64,000 nt of DNA, from positions 64,001-128,000 of the forward strand of contig JAHJQN010000007.1 in NCBI GenBank assembly GCA_018819225.1. The letters run 5' to 3'. How positions within the stretch are numbered: the stretch's first letter is position 1; each line of letters begins with the position of its first letter. Made by a program: the position numbers and the translations under genes. This stretch comes from Candidatus Micrarchaeota archaeon. GTDB lineage: Archaea > Micrarchaeota > Micrarchaeia > Norongarragalinales > SBBD01. Below are positions 48,847-58,214 of this stretch, one piece after another. A model generated the notes under the pieces. That model had not been told where the DNA came from. It searched no databases and saw only the letters and a program-made list of their open reading frames with translations.

Positions 48847-50502
48847 CTAGGGAGCGGTTTCGCTTGAGGACCTTTTTTGCGCAATGTGTTCCACGATCAC
48901 TCCGAACGCCGGTCTCGTTAGCCCGACTCCCAGCACGATTCCCACGATGGTCGCGAGCGCGAAACCCATCACTTCCACGATGCCCGAAAGCAGCAACGGT
49001 AGCATGCTCACGATCGCCACTCCCGCAACCGTGAAGATGATGAAGAACGCTTTTCCGATGCGATCCTTCAAACCCCTTCCATGCGCCAGTTCATCCTCTT
49101 CATCATCGCGTTTCCTGAGCACTTCGTCCGTGATAATGATTTGGTCGTCGACTCCGGATCCAATGATCGCCACAATTCCCGCAACCGCCGCCAAATCCAG
49201 TGTTCCGAATATTCCGATGAACGAGGTCGTGAGCACGATTTCCACTAAATTAACGAGAATAATGGGCACCAACAAATCCATTCGTCTGTACCGCCAAACA
49301 ATCAATCCCATTACCGCGATAATCGCCGTAAAAATGGCGATCGCGCTGAACATCAAGAACTGTTCTCCTAAGGAGGGAGCGACCACGTACGCGCTTCCAA
49401 GCACGGTACTCACGGGCAGCTTTCCTCCCGAGATCACGCTCTTCAAGAGCTTGATTTCTCCCAACGCGTTTTTCTGCGCATCCTGTTCCGTTACGCCTGA
49501 AACCGATCCGGTCACGGAATAGAATTGCGATACGTATCCGTCGGCCAGCCCGGCGGATAGCACGGGTGCGGAAATCAAGCCAATCGCCTTCCATTCGTTC
49601 ACGATTCTTCCTCGGATCTGCGAATCGTACGAGTTGATGATCATGTCCTTGTCGTCTTTGACGACGATCCGGTTTTCTGCAGCGGTTGGATCGTCCGTGA
49701 AGCCCGCGTTCTTGAGCGTTTGAATCAAATCGCTTCGTTCTTCCGCAAGACTCTTTCCAATAATGACTTCCGTCTTGTTTTCATCCACGATGCGTTCCGC
49801 CAACGGTTCCGAGCTTTGATTTTCCACAAACAATACCAGTAATTTGTCGCCCTCGATTTCCGTCAGATCTTCTATCGCCTCCTCCAGATCTTGTCGCGCG
49901 GCAAAGTTGACGCCTTGCTGCAGGTTTTCCGCGTCCACCAGGATAGCCGTATTCCGCGGCCGGTCCAAATACATGTAGACGGGGTAATTCTCTTTTCCTT
50001 CCGCGGCTTGCGCGAATCGTTCTCCTCCGGCCCTCGAGGATGCAAAATTCAATTCCCATTGCGCGGTCGTTCCTTGAGGTATAATCAATTCGCCGGAAGG
50101 ACCTCCGACCGCATTCTGAACGATATCCGTTCCCTCCAAACCGACGTTTCCGTCCACCACGGCTTCAAAACGACCTTGCTGCCTCAAAATGCGCTCGACG
50201 CTCCGGATAACGGACGCATCCGCTTGCGGAATTTCAACGATGATTTCCTTTCCGCCTAATGGGCGAACGATGCTTTGCGACAACCCGAATTTGTTGATGC
50301 GCTGCTTCAAGGTTTCAATCGTATCCGTCATTTGATCCGACGTCAAATCCTGTTCGCTAATGATTGAAATGGGAATGCGTACGCCTCCCTTGAACTCAAT
50401 GCCTAAGTTCAATCCGTTGACCGCTACGAGAACGAGCGCCAATGCTACGGCGACGATGACGAGCTGAATCCGCCGATTTTTTAGTAATTGAGTAGCGCTC
50501 AT
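48847..50502 (-). CDS. secD: Protein translocase subunit SecD
   Basis: LGIEFKGG, GKLP, APSLG, LDLAAVAG, GSGVDDQIIITDE. Confidence 0.93.
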   Translation of the reverse strand: MSATQLLKNRRIQLVIVAVALALVLVAVNGLNLGIEFKGGVRIPISIISEQDLTSDQMTDTIETLKQRINKFGLSQSIVRPLGGKEIIVEIPQADASVIRSVERILRQQGRFEAVVDGNVGLEGTDIVQNAVGGPSGELIIPQGTTAQWELNFASSRAGGERFAQAAEGKENYPVYMYLDRPRNTAILVDAENLQQGVNFAARQDLEEAIEDLTEIEGDKLLVLFVENQSSEPLAERIVDENKTEVIIGKSLAEERSDLIQTLKNAGFTDDPTAAENRIVVKDDKDMIINSYDSQIRGRIVNEWKAIGLISAPVLSAGLADGYVSQFYSVTGSVSGVTEQDAQKNALGEIKLLKSVISGGKLPVSTVLGSAYVVAPSLGEQFLMFSAIAIFTAIIAVMGLIVWRYRRMDLLVPIILVNLVEIVLTTSFIGIFGTLDLAAVAGIVAIIGSGVDDQIIITDEVLRKRDDEEDELAHGRGLKDRIGKAFFIIFTVAGVAIVSMLPLLLSGIVEVMGFALATIVGIVLGVGLTRPAFGVIVEHIAQKRSSSETAP

Positions 50503-51623
50503 TTGATTCCCCGATTGTCCGCATGCCACAATACGAGTGCGGCATTACCCGTCCACGTGGCAATAAAGTCCACGATCCCTCCGATGACTGCAACGGCTCC
50601 AATCTGCGAGTACGTTTGAATTTGTAGGATGCTCGCCACGCCGAGGAGCACGGCGAACGCGGCCACGGTCGTCGCGTTCATGAGGAACGCCGTTTTCATG
50701 GTATCGAAAATGCGTTGTCGCGCGTTTCCTTCCGATCTCTTGAGCACGCGAATGGTCAACAGCATGTCCGTATCCAACGAGAACCCCACGAGCATGAGTA
50801 ACGCCGCAACGGTAGCCAACGTCAACGGAATCTGGAACAGCCCCATCAGCCCTAACGTGATGATGAGGTCTGCGAACGCCCCGAAAATGACGGCGAGCGA
50901 CGGCAAGAAGCTTCGGAACACGAGCACAATCACGATTCCGGAAGCAACGAATGCGAACAACAGTATTTGCGTCACTTGCGAGAAGAAGAACTTACTCAAC
51001 GACGCCCCGATTTCCTTGCTGGTATACGAGTCGACTGGCACCACGGCTTCGATTTCCGACAGCACGTCTTCCCGAAAACTCGATTTTTGTTCCTGAAGCT
51101 CGGCATCCACGGCCGCGAACGCATCCATTCCATTGGTTGCGCGCGTTCCGGTCCCCAGTTTTTCCATGAGGTAGTTCGCTTCGCTCAATAGCGCTTGTTC
51201 CGATGCCTGCGCTTTGGCGCGCTGTTCCCGAATTTCATTTTCCTCGCCTTGATCGATCAATGCATCTAAGCGTAATTGTTCCGCGGAATAGTCTTCATCC
51301 AGGCGTTTGAGTGACGCCAACTGTTCCTCGACCTCGTCGAGATTCGGATTCGACTGCATTTCAATTTCGAGTCCTCGTCCCGACGGGTTCTCGAACACGC
51401 GCACGCTAATCTCCGGGGAAAGCGGGCTCAAGCGCTCTTCCAACTCCGTCACTTTCGCGTTCAAGTCGCCTTCTCCCGTATACACCGTAAACAACGCGCC
51501 TCCTTTCAGGTCGATGCCTTGCGGAATCATGGGGATAAAGAACAATGAGAGAAACATGAGCGCGAGTGGAATGATCAGTAGCTTGTGATAATCCGGCCGC
51601 TCGTATACGTTGGGGATGTTCAT
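50499..51623 (-). CDS. secF: Protein translocase subunit SecF
   Basis: GIDLKGG, IGASL, AALLMLVGFSLDTDMLLT. Confidence 0.93.
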   Translation of the reverse strand: MNIPNVYERPDYHKLLIIPLALMFLSLFFIPMIPQGIDLKGGALFTVYTGEGDLNAKVTELEERLSPLSPEISVRVFENPSGRGLEIEMQSNPNLDEVEEQLASLKRLDEDYSAEQLRLDALIDQGEENEIREQRAKAQASEQALLSEANYLMEKLGTGTRATNGMDAFAAVDAELQEQKSSFREDVLSEIEAVVPVDSYTSKEIGASLSKFFFSQVTQILLFAFVASGIVIVLVFRSFLPSLAVIFGAFADLIITLGLMGLFQIPLTLATVAALLMLVGFSLDTDMLLTIRVLKRSEGNARQRIFDTMKTAFLMNATTVAAFAVLLGVASILQIQTYSQIGAVAVIGGIVDFIATWTGNAALVLWHADNRGIK

Positions 51624-51800
51624 GAGACGTCTACCGCTAATGCTGTTAGACACGATAAGCAGCGGAAACGTTTCAGCCCCTTAATGTTAATAAGCTTATT
51701 CTTATCGAGAAGCGAGAAAATTGAAAGAAACCGAGCAGTTTGCCCGGCGGATCTCCATTGCCGGTCATTATTTTAATAAACTGTTCGAGACCCGTTTTAT

Positions 51801-52376
51801 TTAGAACAAGGGGACTTTTTGCATGATGCCCAGCAGGATCAACACGAACAATATCACGGCCGACGGAATGAACAATGACGCGAATGCCTTCGGTGTGCTT
51901 AAGCGGTGCACTTCCTCCAGCATGCGAATGTTCACGTACGCATAATACAACAGTATTCCGATTCCGATCAACCAACCGATTCCCGGAAAGAGCTTGACCA
52001 GATAGTATAATATCAGGACGGGGGCCAGGATGATCGCATTCAAATAATATTGTTCCGCGAATTTTCCTTTTCCTCCGAACGCTTTCGCGAACAAGTAGTT
52101 CAATGAAACGAGCAGCACCACGGCAAGAAACGCGGAAGCCGCGTTGATCACGATGAACAGGAAGATCGTAGATAGGTCCATGGGCTTTACTTTCGGAGAC
52201 ACGCCCGGAAGAATTTTGAACGTGAACGCAAACAATGCGCTGAAGATGAGCGCGCCCATCATCAAATGCTTGTGTCCTTCCTCGTAGGTCGCGTGCTTTT
52301 TCTGACGGGAAAACAAGTGTTTTGGGTCCGAGAGCACTTCCGCCCACAAGTCCAAGCGCTCCGCCATTTTTGACAT
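51801..52376 (-). CDS. Yip1-domain membrane protein
   Basis: LSDPK.LF, AKAFGGKG.F, EVHRLS..KA. Confidence 0.8.
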   Translation of the reverse strand: MSKMAERLDLWAEVLSDPKHLFSRQKKHATYEEGHKHLMMGALIFSALFAFTFKILPGVSPKVKPMDLSTIFLFIVINAASAFLAVVLLVSLNYLFAKAFGGKGKFAEQYYLNAIILAPVLILYYLVKLFPGIGWLIGIGILLYYAYVNIRMLEEVHRLSTPKAFASLFIPSAVILFVLILLGIMQKVPLF

Positions 52377-52465
52377 GGAGAGCTGTATTCATTCACCCAA
52401 TAAAAACCTTGTCGTTGCGTTCAAGAGAAAGCCTTTAAATAACGGACGCGCTCTTTGAATGCGGG

Positions 52466-53032
52466 GTGTTTCAAGTGCCGGAGTTACTGCTTTACGTTCC
52501 CGTTGCGCTCATCGTACTCGTTGCTATCGTATTCATCTGGATTTACAACGGCTTGGTGACGTTGCGCAACCGCATCGAGAACGCGTGGAGCCAAATCGAC
52601 GTGCAGCTGAAGAAGCGGACGGACTTGATTCCTAATCTCGTGGAAACCGTGAAAGGGTATGCGAAACACGAACGCGAGACGTTCGAACGCATTACGGATG
52701 CCCGAGCCGCAACGGTGAACGCGAAATCGGTTCGCGAGAAAGCAGTCGCCGATAACCTGCTGTCTGGAGCGCTCAAGAGCTTGTTTGCCGTTTCTGAAAA
52801 CTATCCGGATTTGAAGGCGAACCAAAACTTTCTCCAATTGCAGGAAGAGCTTTCGGGCGTGGAGAGCAAAATTGCCTATGCCCGACAATTCTATAACGAT
52901 TCCGTTCTCGCTTTCAACACGAAGATTCAGGTGTTTCCCTCCAATCTCGTGGCCGGCATGCTGGGCTTCCTGAAGAACGATTACTTCCGAGTGGAAGGCA
53001 AGGAGCGCGAGAACGTCCAAGTCAGGTTTTAA
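52466..53032 (+). CDS. lemA: LemA family protein
   Basis: YN.LV, AWSQIDVQLKKR.DLIPNLVETVKGY, ENYPDLKA. Confidence 0.95.
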   Translation: MFQVPELLLYVPVALIVLVAIVFIWIYNGLVTLRNRIENAWSQIDVQLKKRTDLIPNLVETVKGYAKHERETFERITDARAATVNAKSVREKAVADNLLSGALKSLFAVSENYPDLKANQNFLQLQEELSGVESKIAYARQFYNDSVLAFNTKIQVFPSNLVAGMLGFLKNDYFRVEGKERENVQVRF

Positions 53033-53131
53033 TGACGCGTTCTTCGTGCGGTATTGGGACGCTCATTCGGTAGGCGTTCAATCGAAAGCCATATATAGCT
53101 GAATTTCGAGGTATACTTGCGTGCTCATTTT

Positions 53132-53515
53132 ATGAACGCCGACCACTTGGACTTATTATTAGCCTTCATCCTTCGTGAGAAGCGCTTCCTGAAAAAACGG
53201 GAAACGAGTTTCACGGACCAGGAGCTCCGCGACGGAGAACAGTTGCTTAAGCGTGCGCTCAAGGTCATGACGGCCAAAAAGCTCACGGATGAGGAACTCA
53301 GGGCACTCGCTGTCAATGAGAATAAGGCCAAGCGAATGGTTTTAGATCTTCGCAAGCGCGTCAAGAGCCTGTCTCCCAAACAGCTCCTTATTATTGTTCA
53401 AAACTATGAGCTCGTCTATTCGGTCATTGAGAAGAAACACAAGGAGCACAAAATCGTGATCGAGTCATTAAAGGGAGACCGATTCTACAATCCGCGTCGC
53501 CGGGTTTACGCGTAA
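53132..53515 (+). CDS. Hypothetical protein
   Basis: 127-aa helical, basic ORF. Confidence 0.6.
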   Translation: MNADHLDLLLAFILREKRFLKKRETSFTDQELRDGEQLLKRALKVMTAKKLTDEELRALAVNENKAKRMVLDLRKRVKSLSPKQLLIIVQNYELVYSVIEKKHKEHKIVIESLKGDRFYNPRRRVYA

Positions 53516-53525
53516 CGTGCATTGC

Positions 53526-53855
53526 ATGACGGAAACGGTTTCTTTTTCAGATTTTGCGAAGCTCGAGCTCCGCATCGGCAAGATCATGGCCGTGGAGCCC
53601 GTAGAGGGAACGGACAAGCTCTACAAGCTGTCGGTGCGTCTCGGTGAGGAAACGCGGACTCTCGTAGCCGGTCTCGCCGAATCGTATGCCGCGGACGAGC
53701 TCATGGGCATGAAAATCGTAGTGGTCGCCAATCTCGAGCCCAAATCGTTGAAAGGCATTGAGTCCCAAGGCATGTTGCTGGCAGCCGATGAAAACGGAAC
53801 GCCGGTTCTCCTGACCCCCGAAAAAGACGTCTCCGACGGAACCCCGATCCGTTAA
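53526..53855 (+). CDS. Stand-alone tRNA-binding OB domain (Trbp111/CsaA/MetRS C-domain)
   Basis: DFAKLELRIG, DKL, VANLEP..LKGIESQGMLLAA. Confidence 0.9.
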   Translation: MTETVSFSDFAKLELRIGKIMAVEPVEGTDKLYKLSVRLGEETRTLVAGLAESYAADELMGMKIVVVANLEPKSLKGIESQGMLLAADENGTPVLLTPEKDVSDGTPIR

Positions 53856-53922
53856 TTACTCTTTTTCGAGTATTTACTCTTTTTTAAGAACTTTTATAAA
53901 TTCAGGGCGCGTACGTTTGGGT

Positions 53923-54720
53923 ATGCGCACTTATGCACTCGTGGCCGCTGCATTGCTTGCGGCCATCGGCATGCTGTTTCAATTCGCCAATTCCATTATC
54001 GGTATTCCAACGGGTTTTGGCATGACGATCGATCTCGTTGCCGTTCCCGTGCTCCTCGCGTTTTTTGTGCTGGGTTACGAAGTCGCCTTATACGTTCTCG
54101 TTCTTTTGGCGCTCCTCATCACGTTCGCTTCGCCGACCTCTTTCGTGGGCGCGATCATGAAGTTTTCTGCCACGCTTCCCATGTTCTTTATCCCTACTTT
54201 GTATCTCATGGCCCGCAAGCGGGGATTCGATGCCGTCAAGCTATTCGGTATTCTCGTGCTCGCCGTCATCCTGTTAGGCGTCCTATTTGCCTTAGGCGGC
54301 TATTCGTACGCGTTTTCGGAGACGCTATTTGAGAATGCGTTGCTGATCGGCGTTCTGCCGTTCCTCGTACTCGTCGCGTTCTCGTATTTCCTGCTGCATA
54401 TCTGGAAGCGCTATGGCGCCGATTTAACCCTTTCTTCTCTAGCGTCCTGGAAGAGCGCGCTATTCGTTCTCGCCCTCGCCCTATTGTTGCGCGGCATCTT
54501 GATGATTTTCACGAACTTCTATTTCGCCGGACCCCTTTTCTTCAAGATTTCTCCTCAAGAATTCACGTCGTTTGTCGAATCCGTTCCCCTCCCGTTTTTA
54601 GGGTCCAACTCGTGGTATTTCGTCGTGTTCTTCTGGAATGCCTTGCAGGGCGCGATGGAGTTTACTATCGCATGGCTCATTGCATTCCGCTTCGGTTTCG
54701 CCCGAAAATACGGTGCGTGA
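53923..54720 (+). CDS. ECF transporter S component
   Basis: Multi-TM, IDLVAVP; upstream of ECF A and T genes. Confidence 0.75.
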   Translation: MRTYALVAAALLAAIGMLFQFANSIIGIPTGFGMTIDLVAVPVLLAFFVLGYEVALYVLVLLALLITFASPTSFVGAIMKFSATLPMFFIPTLYLMARKRGFDAVKLFGILVLAVILLGVLFALGGYSYAFSETLFENALLIGVLPFLVLVAFSYFLLHIWKRYGADLTLSSLASWKSALFVLALALLLRGILMIFTNFYFAGPLFFKISPQEFTSFVESVPLPFLGSNSWYFVVFFWNALQGAMEFTIAWLIAFRFGFARKYGA

Positions 54721-54721
54721 C

Positions 54722-55465
54722 ATGCCGCTTCTTTCCTTCGAGCAATTCAGCCTACGCTTCGGTTCCCAACTCGTTTTGAACGAGATCTCCCTCTCCATAG
54801 AAAAAGGGGAATTCATTGGGTTAATGGGAGGCATCGGCTCCGGCAAAACCTCGTTCTTGTTAAGCATTAACGGGGTCATTCCCAAACTGGTTCCAGCTCA
54901 AACGCAGGGGCGCGTGATGCTTTCCGGAAAAGAGGTTTCCAAGCACTCGGTTCAGTCATTAAGCCGCGACGTGGCCATGGTATTCCAGAATCCGTCTGAT
55001 CAACTCTTTTCCCTCACGGTCGAAGATGAAGTCGCATTCGGGCTACGCAACCAGCACCTCCCCCAAAACGTGATTACCGAGCGCGTTACTCATGCATTGA
55101 ATGACGTCGGCCTCTCCGCGTTTACCGCTCGCGATCCCTCTTCGCTTTCCCACGGTCAAAAACAAAAAGTCGCCATTGCCAGCGCGCTGGCGCTTCAAAC
55201 CCCTCTAATCGTTCTCGATGAACCCACCTCCAATCTCGATTTTTCCAGCAGCGTCGCCCTATATACCCTGCTGGAAAAACTCCATGCGGATGGGAATTCC
55301 ATTCTCGTCGTAGACCACGACACCGACCTTCTTTCACGATACGCGAAACGCTTCATCGTATTATACGGGCAGCGCGTTATTGCGGATGGCGATCCATCTG
55401 TTTTTATTAACGGAGCAGCGGAACGCGCGGGATTAAAGGTTCCGTGCCGTATGCGAGGCGAATAA
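54722..55465 (+). CDS. ECF transporter ATPase
   Basis: GGIGSGKT, VFQNP..Q, LSHGQKQ, LDEPT. Confidence 0.9.
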   Translation: MPLLSFEQFSLRFGSQLVLNEISLSIEKGEFIGLMGGIGSGKTSFLLSINGVIPKLVPAQTQGRVMLSGKEVSKHSVQSLSRDVAMVFQNPSDQLFSLTVEDEVAFGLRNQHLPQNVITERVTHALNDVGLSAFTARDPSSLSHGQKQKVAIASALALQTPLIVLDEPTSNLDFSSSVALYTLLEKLHADGNSILVVDHDTDLLSRYAKRFIVLYGQRVIADGDPSVFINGAAERAGLKVPCRMRGE

Positions 55466-55466
55466 C

Positions 55467-56024
55467 ATGGCCGACTCGCCTCTTCACAAACTTTCTGCGG
55501 TTTACGCGCTCCCTGCATTCGTTCTCCTCACCATCTCATTAGTGCTCTTCCCCCTAGAATACGCGCTCGCATTTCTCGCTTTACTTATCCCGCTCTATTG
55601 GATTTCCCACCTTTCCCTCTTTCAAACGCTTTCCCATCATCGCTTCCTCCTTGTTTTCGCTATCGTCGCTTTTCTTTTCCGTTTAATTCTTACGGGGCAA
55701 TGGCCGGAATCCGTGCTAAGCGCACTCTATTTGACGGATCTCTTCCTCTTATCCCTCCTCTTCTGGTTCACCACGACGCCGGCTCAGTTGCGCGATGCCC
55801 TGCACTTCTATCGAGTCCCCCGTTCTCTCACGTTTATGTTCCTCCTCGCTTTTTCCGCTCTCCCATTACTTCAACAGCAATTGCAACGCGTGCGAATCGC
55901 GCAAGCCTCTCGCGGAAACACGCGCGCCGTTTTCCCCTTACTTCTTCCATTACTTCACTCCGTATTCGATCGCTCGCGGAAACTCGCCATATCGTTGGAA
56001 AGCCGGGGTTTCCAGCCCGAATAG
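55467..56024 (+). CDS. ECF transporter T component
   Basis: TTTP, AQASRG, LESRGF. Confidence 0.88.
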   Translation: MADSPLHKLSAVYALPAFVLLTISLVLFPLEYALAFLALLIPLYWISHLSLFQTLSHHRFLLVFAIVAFLFRLILTGQWPESVLSALYLTDLFLLSLLFWFTTTPAQLRDALHFYRVPRSLTFMFLLAFSALPLLQQQLQRVRIAQASRGNTRAVFPLLLPLLHSVFDRSRKLAISLESRGFQPE

Positions 56025-56058
56025 TTAGCTTTTAATTCCGCTAACGAGAAACGCATCC

Positions 56059-56358
56059 ATGCGCCCATTCCTCATCCTATTATGGTCCGCGGCTCTAATG
56101 GGCTGGTCTCTCCCAACCCGCTCCAGCTCCCGCATCGCGTCCGGCAGGGATCGATTATACCGCCATTCTTCCGGGTACAACGTGCGATGCCAATACTCCT
56201 TGTCCCGAATCCCGCGAATGCATTTCCATTTCCTCGTTGGATCCCGTATACCGGCATCCCGTATGCATTCAATCCCCTACGCCGATTACGTTCAATGCCC
56301 CGTGGGTAAAACAATGGTCGCCGAAAAGTCCCTTCCCATCCAATTGAGCTGCATCTAG
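56059..56358 (+). CDS. Hypothetical small protein (frame uncertain)
   Basis: 99-aa ORF with hydrophobic N-terminus fills the gap; two + frames partly open. Confidence 0.3.
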   Translation: MRPFLILLWSAALMGWSLPTRSSSRIASGRDRLYRHSSGYNVRCQYSLSRIPRMHFHFLVGSRIPASRMHSIPYADYVQCPVGKTMVAEKSLPIQLSCI

Positions 56359-56403
56359 CGCTCGCGCAAAAGCCTCTTATTGCTTTACCTTCCCATACTT
56401 ATC

Positions 56404-57057
56404 ATGCATTCCCCGCATCCCGGAGTTTATCGTGTCAACGGCCGGTTAGCTACTTGCAATCTGGCTCCCGGTCACAAAGTATACGGAGAGGACCTCGTCA
56501 AGCAAAACGGTAAGGAATTGCGGTCGTGGGACGCAAAACGCAGCAAGCTGGCCGCGGCTCTCGTAAACGGACTGCGTCTTTTTCCGTTCCAGGACGGGGC
56601 GCGCATCCTCTACTTAGGCGCCGCTTCCGGCACCACTCCTTCTCATGTCAGCGATCTCGTGGGGAAAAAAGGGGTCGTGTATTGCGTCGAGTTTTCGGCT
56701 ACGGTCGCGCGGGACTTGATTGCGGTCTGCGAAACGCGCGAGAACATGCTGCCTATCGTGGATGACGCTCGTTTTCCCGAACGCTATTCCGACGTCGGAG
56801 AAGTGGACGTGATTTATGAGGATGTGGCGGATCGCGAACAAGTATTGATTCTGGAAGAGAACGCCAAACGATTCCTGAAGGACGGCGGGCTGGCATTTTT
56901 TGCCGTAAAATCGCGCTCCATTGATTCCACGCGTCCTCCCAAACAAGTCTATTCCGAAGTCATTACGCGTTTGCTGCGCTCTTTCGATGTTCTGGAGAAA
57001 ATCCGCATCGATCCGTTCCATCGCGACCACTTGTTCTTAGTGCTTCGCAAGCGGTAG
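56404..57057 (+). CDS. flpA: Fibrillarin-like rRNA/tRNA 2'-O-methyltransferase
   Basis: VYGE, RSKLAA, LYLGAASGTTPSHVSD, KSRSID. Confidence 0.96.
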   Translation: MHSPHPGVYRVNGRLATCNLAPGHKVYGEDLVKQNGKELRSWDAKRSKLAAALVNGLRLFPFQDGARILYLGAASGTTPSHVSDLVGKKGVVYCVEFSATVARDLIAVCETRENMLPIVDDARFPERYSDVGEVDVIYEDVADREQVLILEENAKRFLKDGGLAFFAVKSRSIDSTRPPKQVYSEVITRLLRSFDVLEKIRIDPFHRDHLFLVLRKR

Positions 57058-57111
57058 TCTGCGATGTAATGGCGCAACGCTTTTATTCCGGTTTCGCTTA
57101 GAGCAAACGAA

Positions 57112-57198
57112 ATGGCTTCTAAAAGCAAGATGTCTGCCAACGATTGGGCGTTCATCGTCATTCTCATATCAACGCTTTACGTGCTATTCGCTCATTAG
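57112..57198 (+). CDS. Small single-TM peptide (28 aa)
   Basis: MASKSKMSANDWAFIVILISTLYVLFAH. Confidence 0.35.
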   Translation: MASKSKMSANDWAFIVILISTLYVLFAH

Positions 57199-57224
57199 GC
57201 AGCCCGTTCCAGTTTCATGCACGC

Positions 57225-58067
57225 CTATTTTTTCGCCAGCGTGAGTTCTTTCAGCGTGCTCGAGATGTGCGGGTTCTTGATCCACAAGCCCACTTCATCT
57301 TCCGGGAGCGTGTGATCGTTCGTCAAGAACAGCATCGCTTCGTCGTCCGTCAATATCATGCGCGTTGGCACGTGCCGATCCATTAAGGTCGTCACAATCT
57401 TACTGACATGGGAATTCGGTGAATGTAGTGCGTGTCGTTTATCTAGGAGTTTCGAGATCGGGGACAACACGTGCACTTTCACGCCTCGGTTCTTCGCTTT
57501 CTCGAAGTGCGGTAAGTTGTCATTGATTTTTCGGGCAATATTGTCGGGAGGCGAGCTCAAGATCACGTGGTGCTTGCTGCGGTCCACCATTTGCGCGAGC
57601 CTTGAATAAATCGCGTTTCGGCCGCGCAACGTCCACACGTTTTCCTCGATATTATAGCGTTTACTGGTTCCAGACGTGCTCAACTGTTTCGCAAGTCTCC
57701 CACTCATCTCATCGATTTTGCTAATTTCATCCATCAAGCGATCTTCTTTATGCTTTTTGAGCGTCGTGATGGCCTCTTCCAACGGCATGGCCGCGTATTT
57801 CACGGGCCTTCCGCTTTTAAGCGATGCAAATCCCTTCTGCTGGAGCTTGTCTAGCACATCATATACGCGCGGTCTTGCGATGTTGCCTATATCGGCAACC
57901 TCGCCTGCGGATTTTGGGCCGCCTTGAGTCAAGGCCAAGTAGGCCTGTGCTTCGTATTGGTTAAGCCCCAACGTGCGAAGTTGTCCAACTAGTTCCGTAT
58001 TCATAGCTTCACTAGTCGTCACTGCGGAGTGGTTTTTAAAGCTTTCTTTAATGGGGGCCTGATCCAT
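57225..58067 (-). CDS. TrmB-family transcriptional regulator
   Basis: LGLNQYEAQAYLAL, RPRVYDVL..L..KG, RGVKV. Confidence 0.9.
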   Translation of the reverse strand: MDQAPIKESFKNHSAVTTSEAMNTELVGQLRTLGLNQYEAQAYLALTQGGPKSAGEVADIGNIARPRVYDVLDKLQQKGFASLKSGRPVKYAAMPLEEAITTLKKHKEDRLMDEISKIDEMSGRLAKQLSTSGTSKRYNIEENVWTLRGRNAIYSRLAQMVDRSKHHVILSSPPDNIARKINDNLPHFEKAKNRGVKVHVLSPISKLLDKRHALHSPNSHVSKIVTTLMDRHVPTRMILTDDEAMLFLTNDHTLPEDEVGLWIKNPHISSTLKELTLAKK

Positions 58068-58123
58068 TGTGATCCCGTTTTAACTCGCTTTTGACTATGC
58101 CTTTCCACCTATATAAATGTATC

Positions 58124-58138
58124 TACTATGTGATAGTA
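58124..58138. promoter_or_regulatory. Palindrome TACTATGTGATAGTA, candidate TrmB operator
   Basis: TACTAT-N3-ATAGTA between divergent TATA-like sequences. Confidence 0.55.
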
Positions 58139-58214
58139 ACATCTACAAAAAGCTTATATATTAGCTATTCCATATTGTTACTACTCTGTAATTGCGATAT
58201 TGGTGGTCGATTTC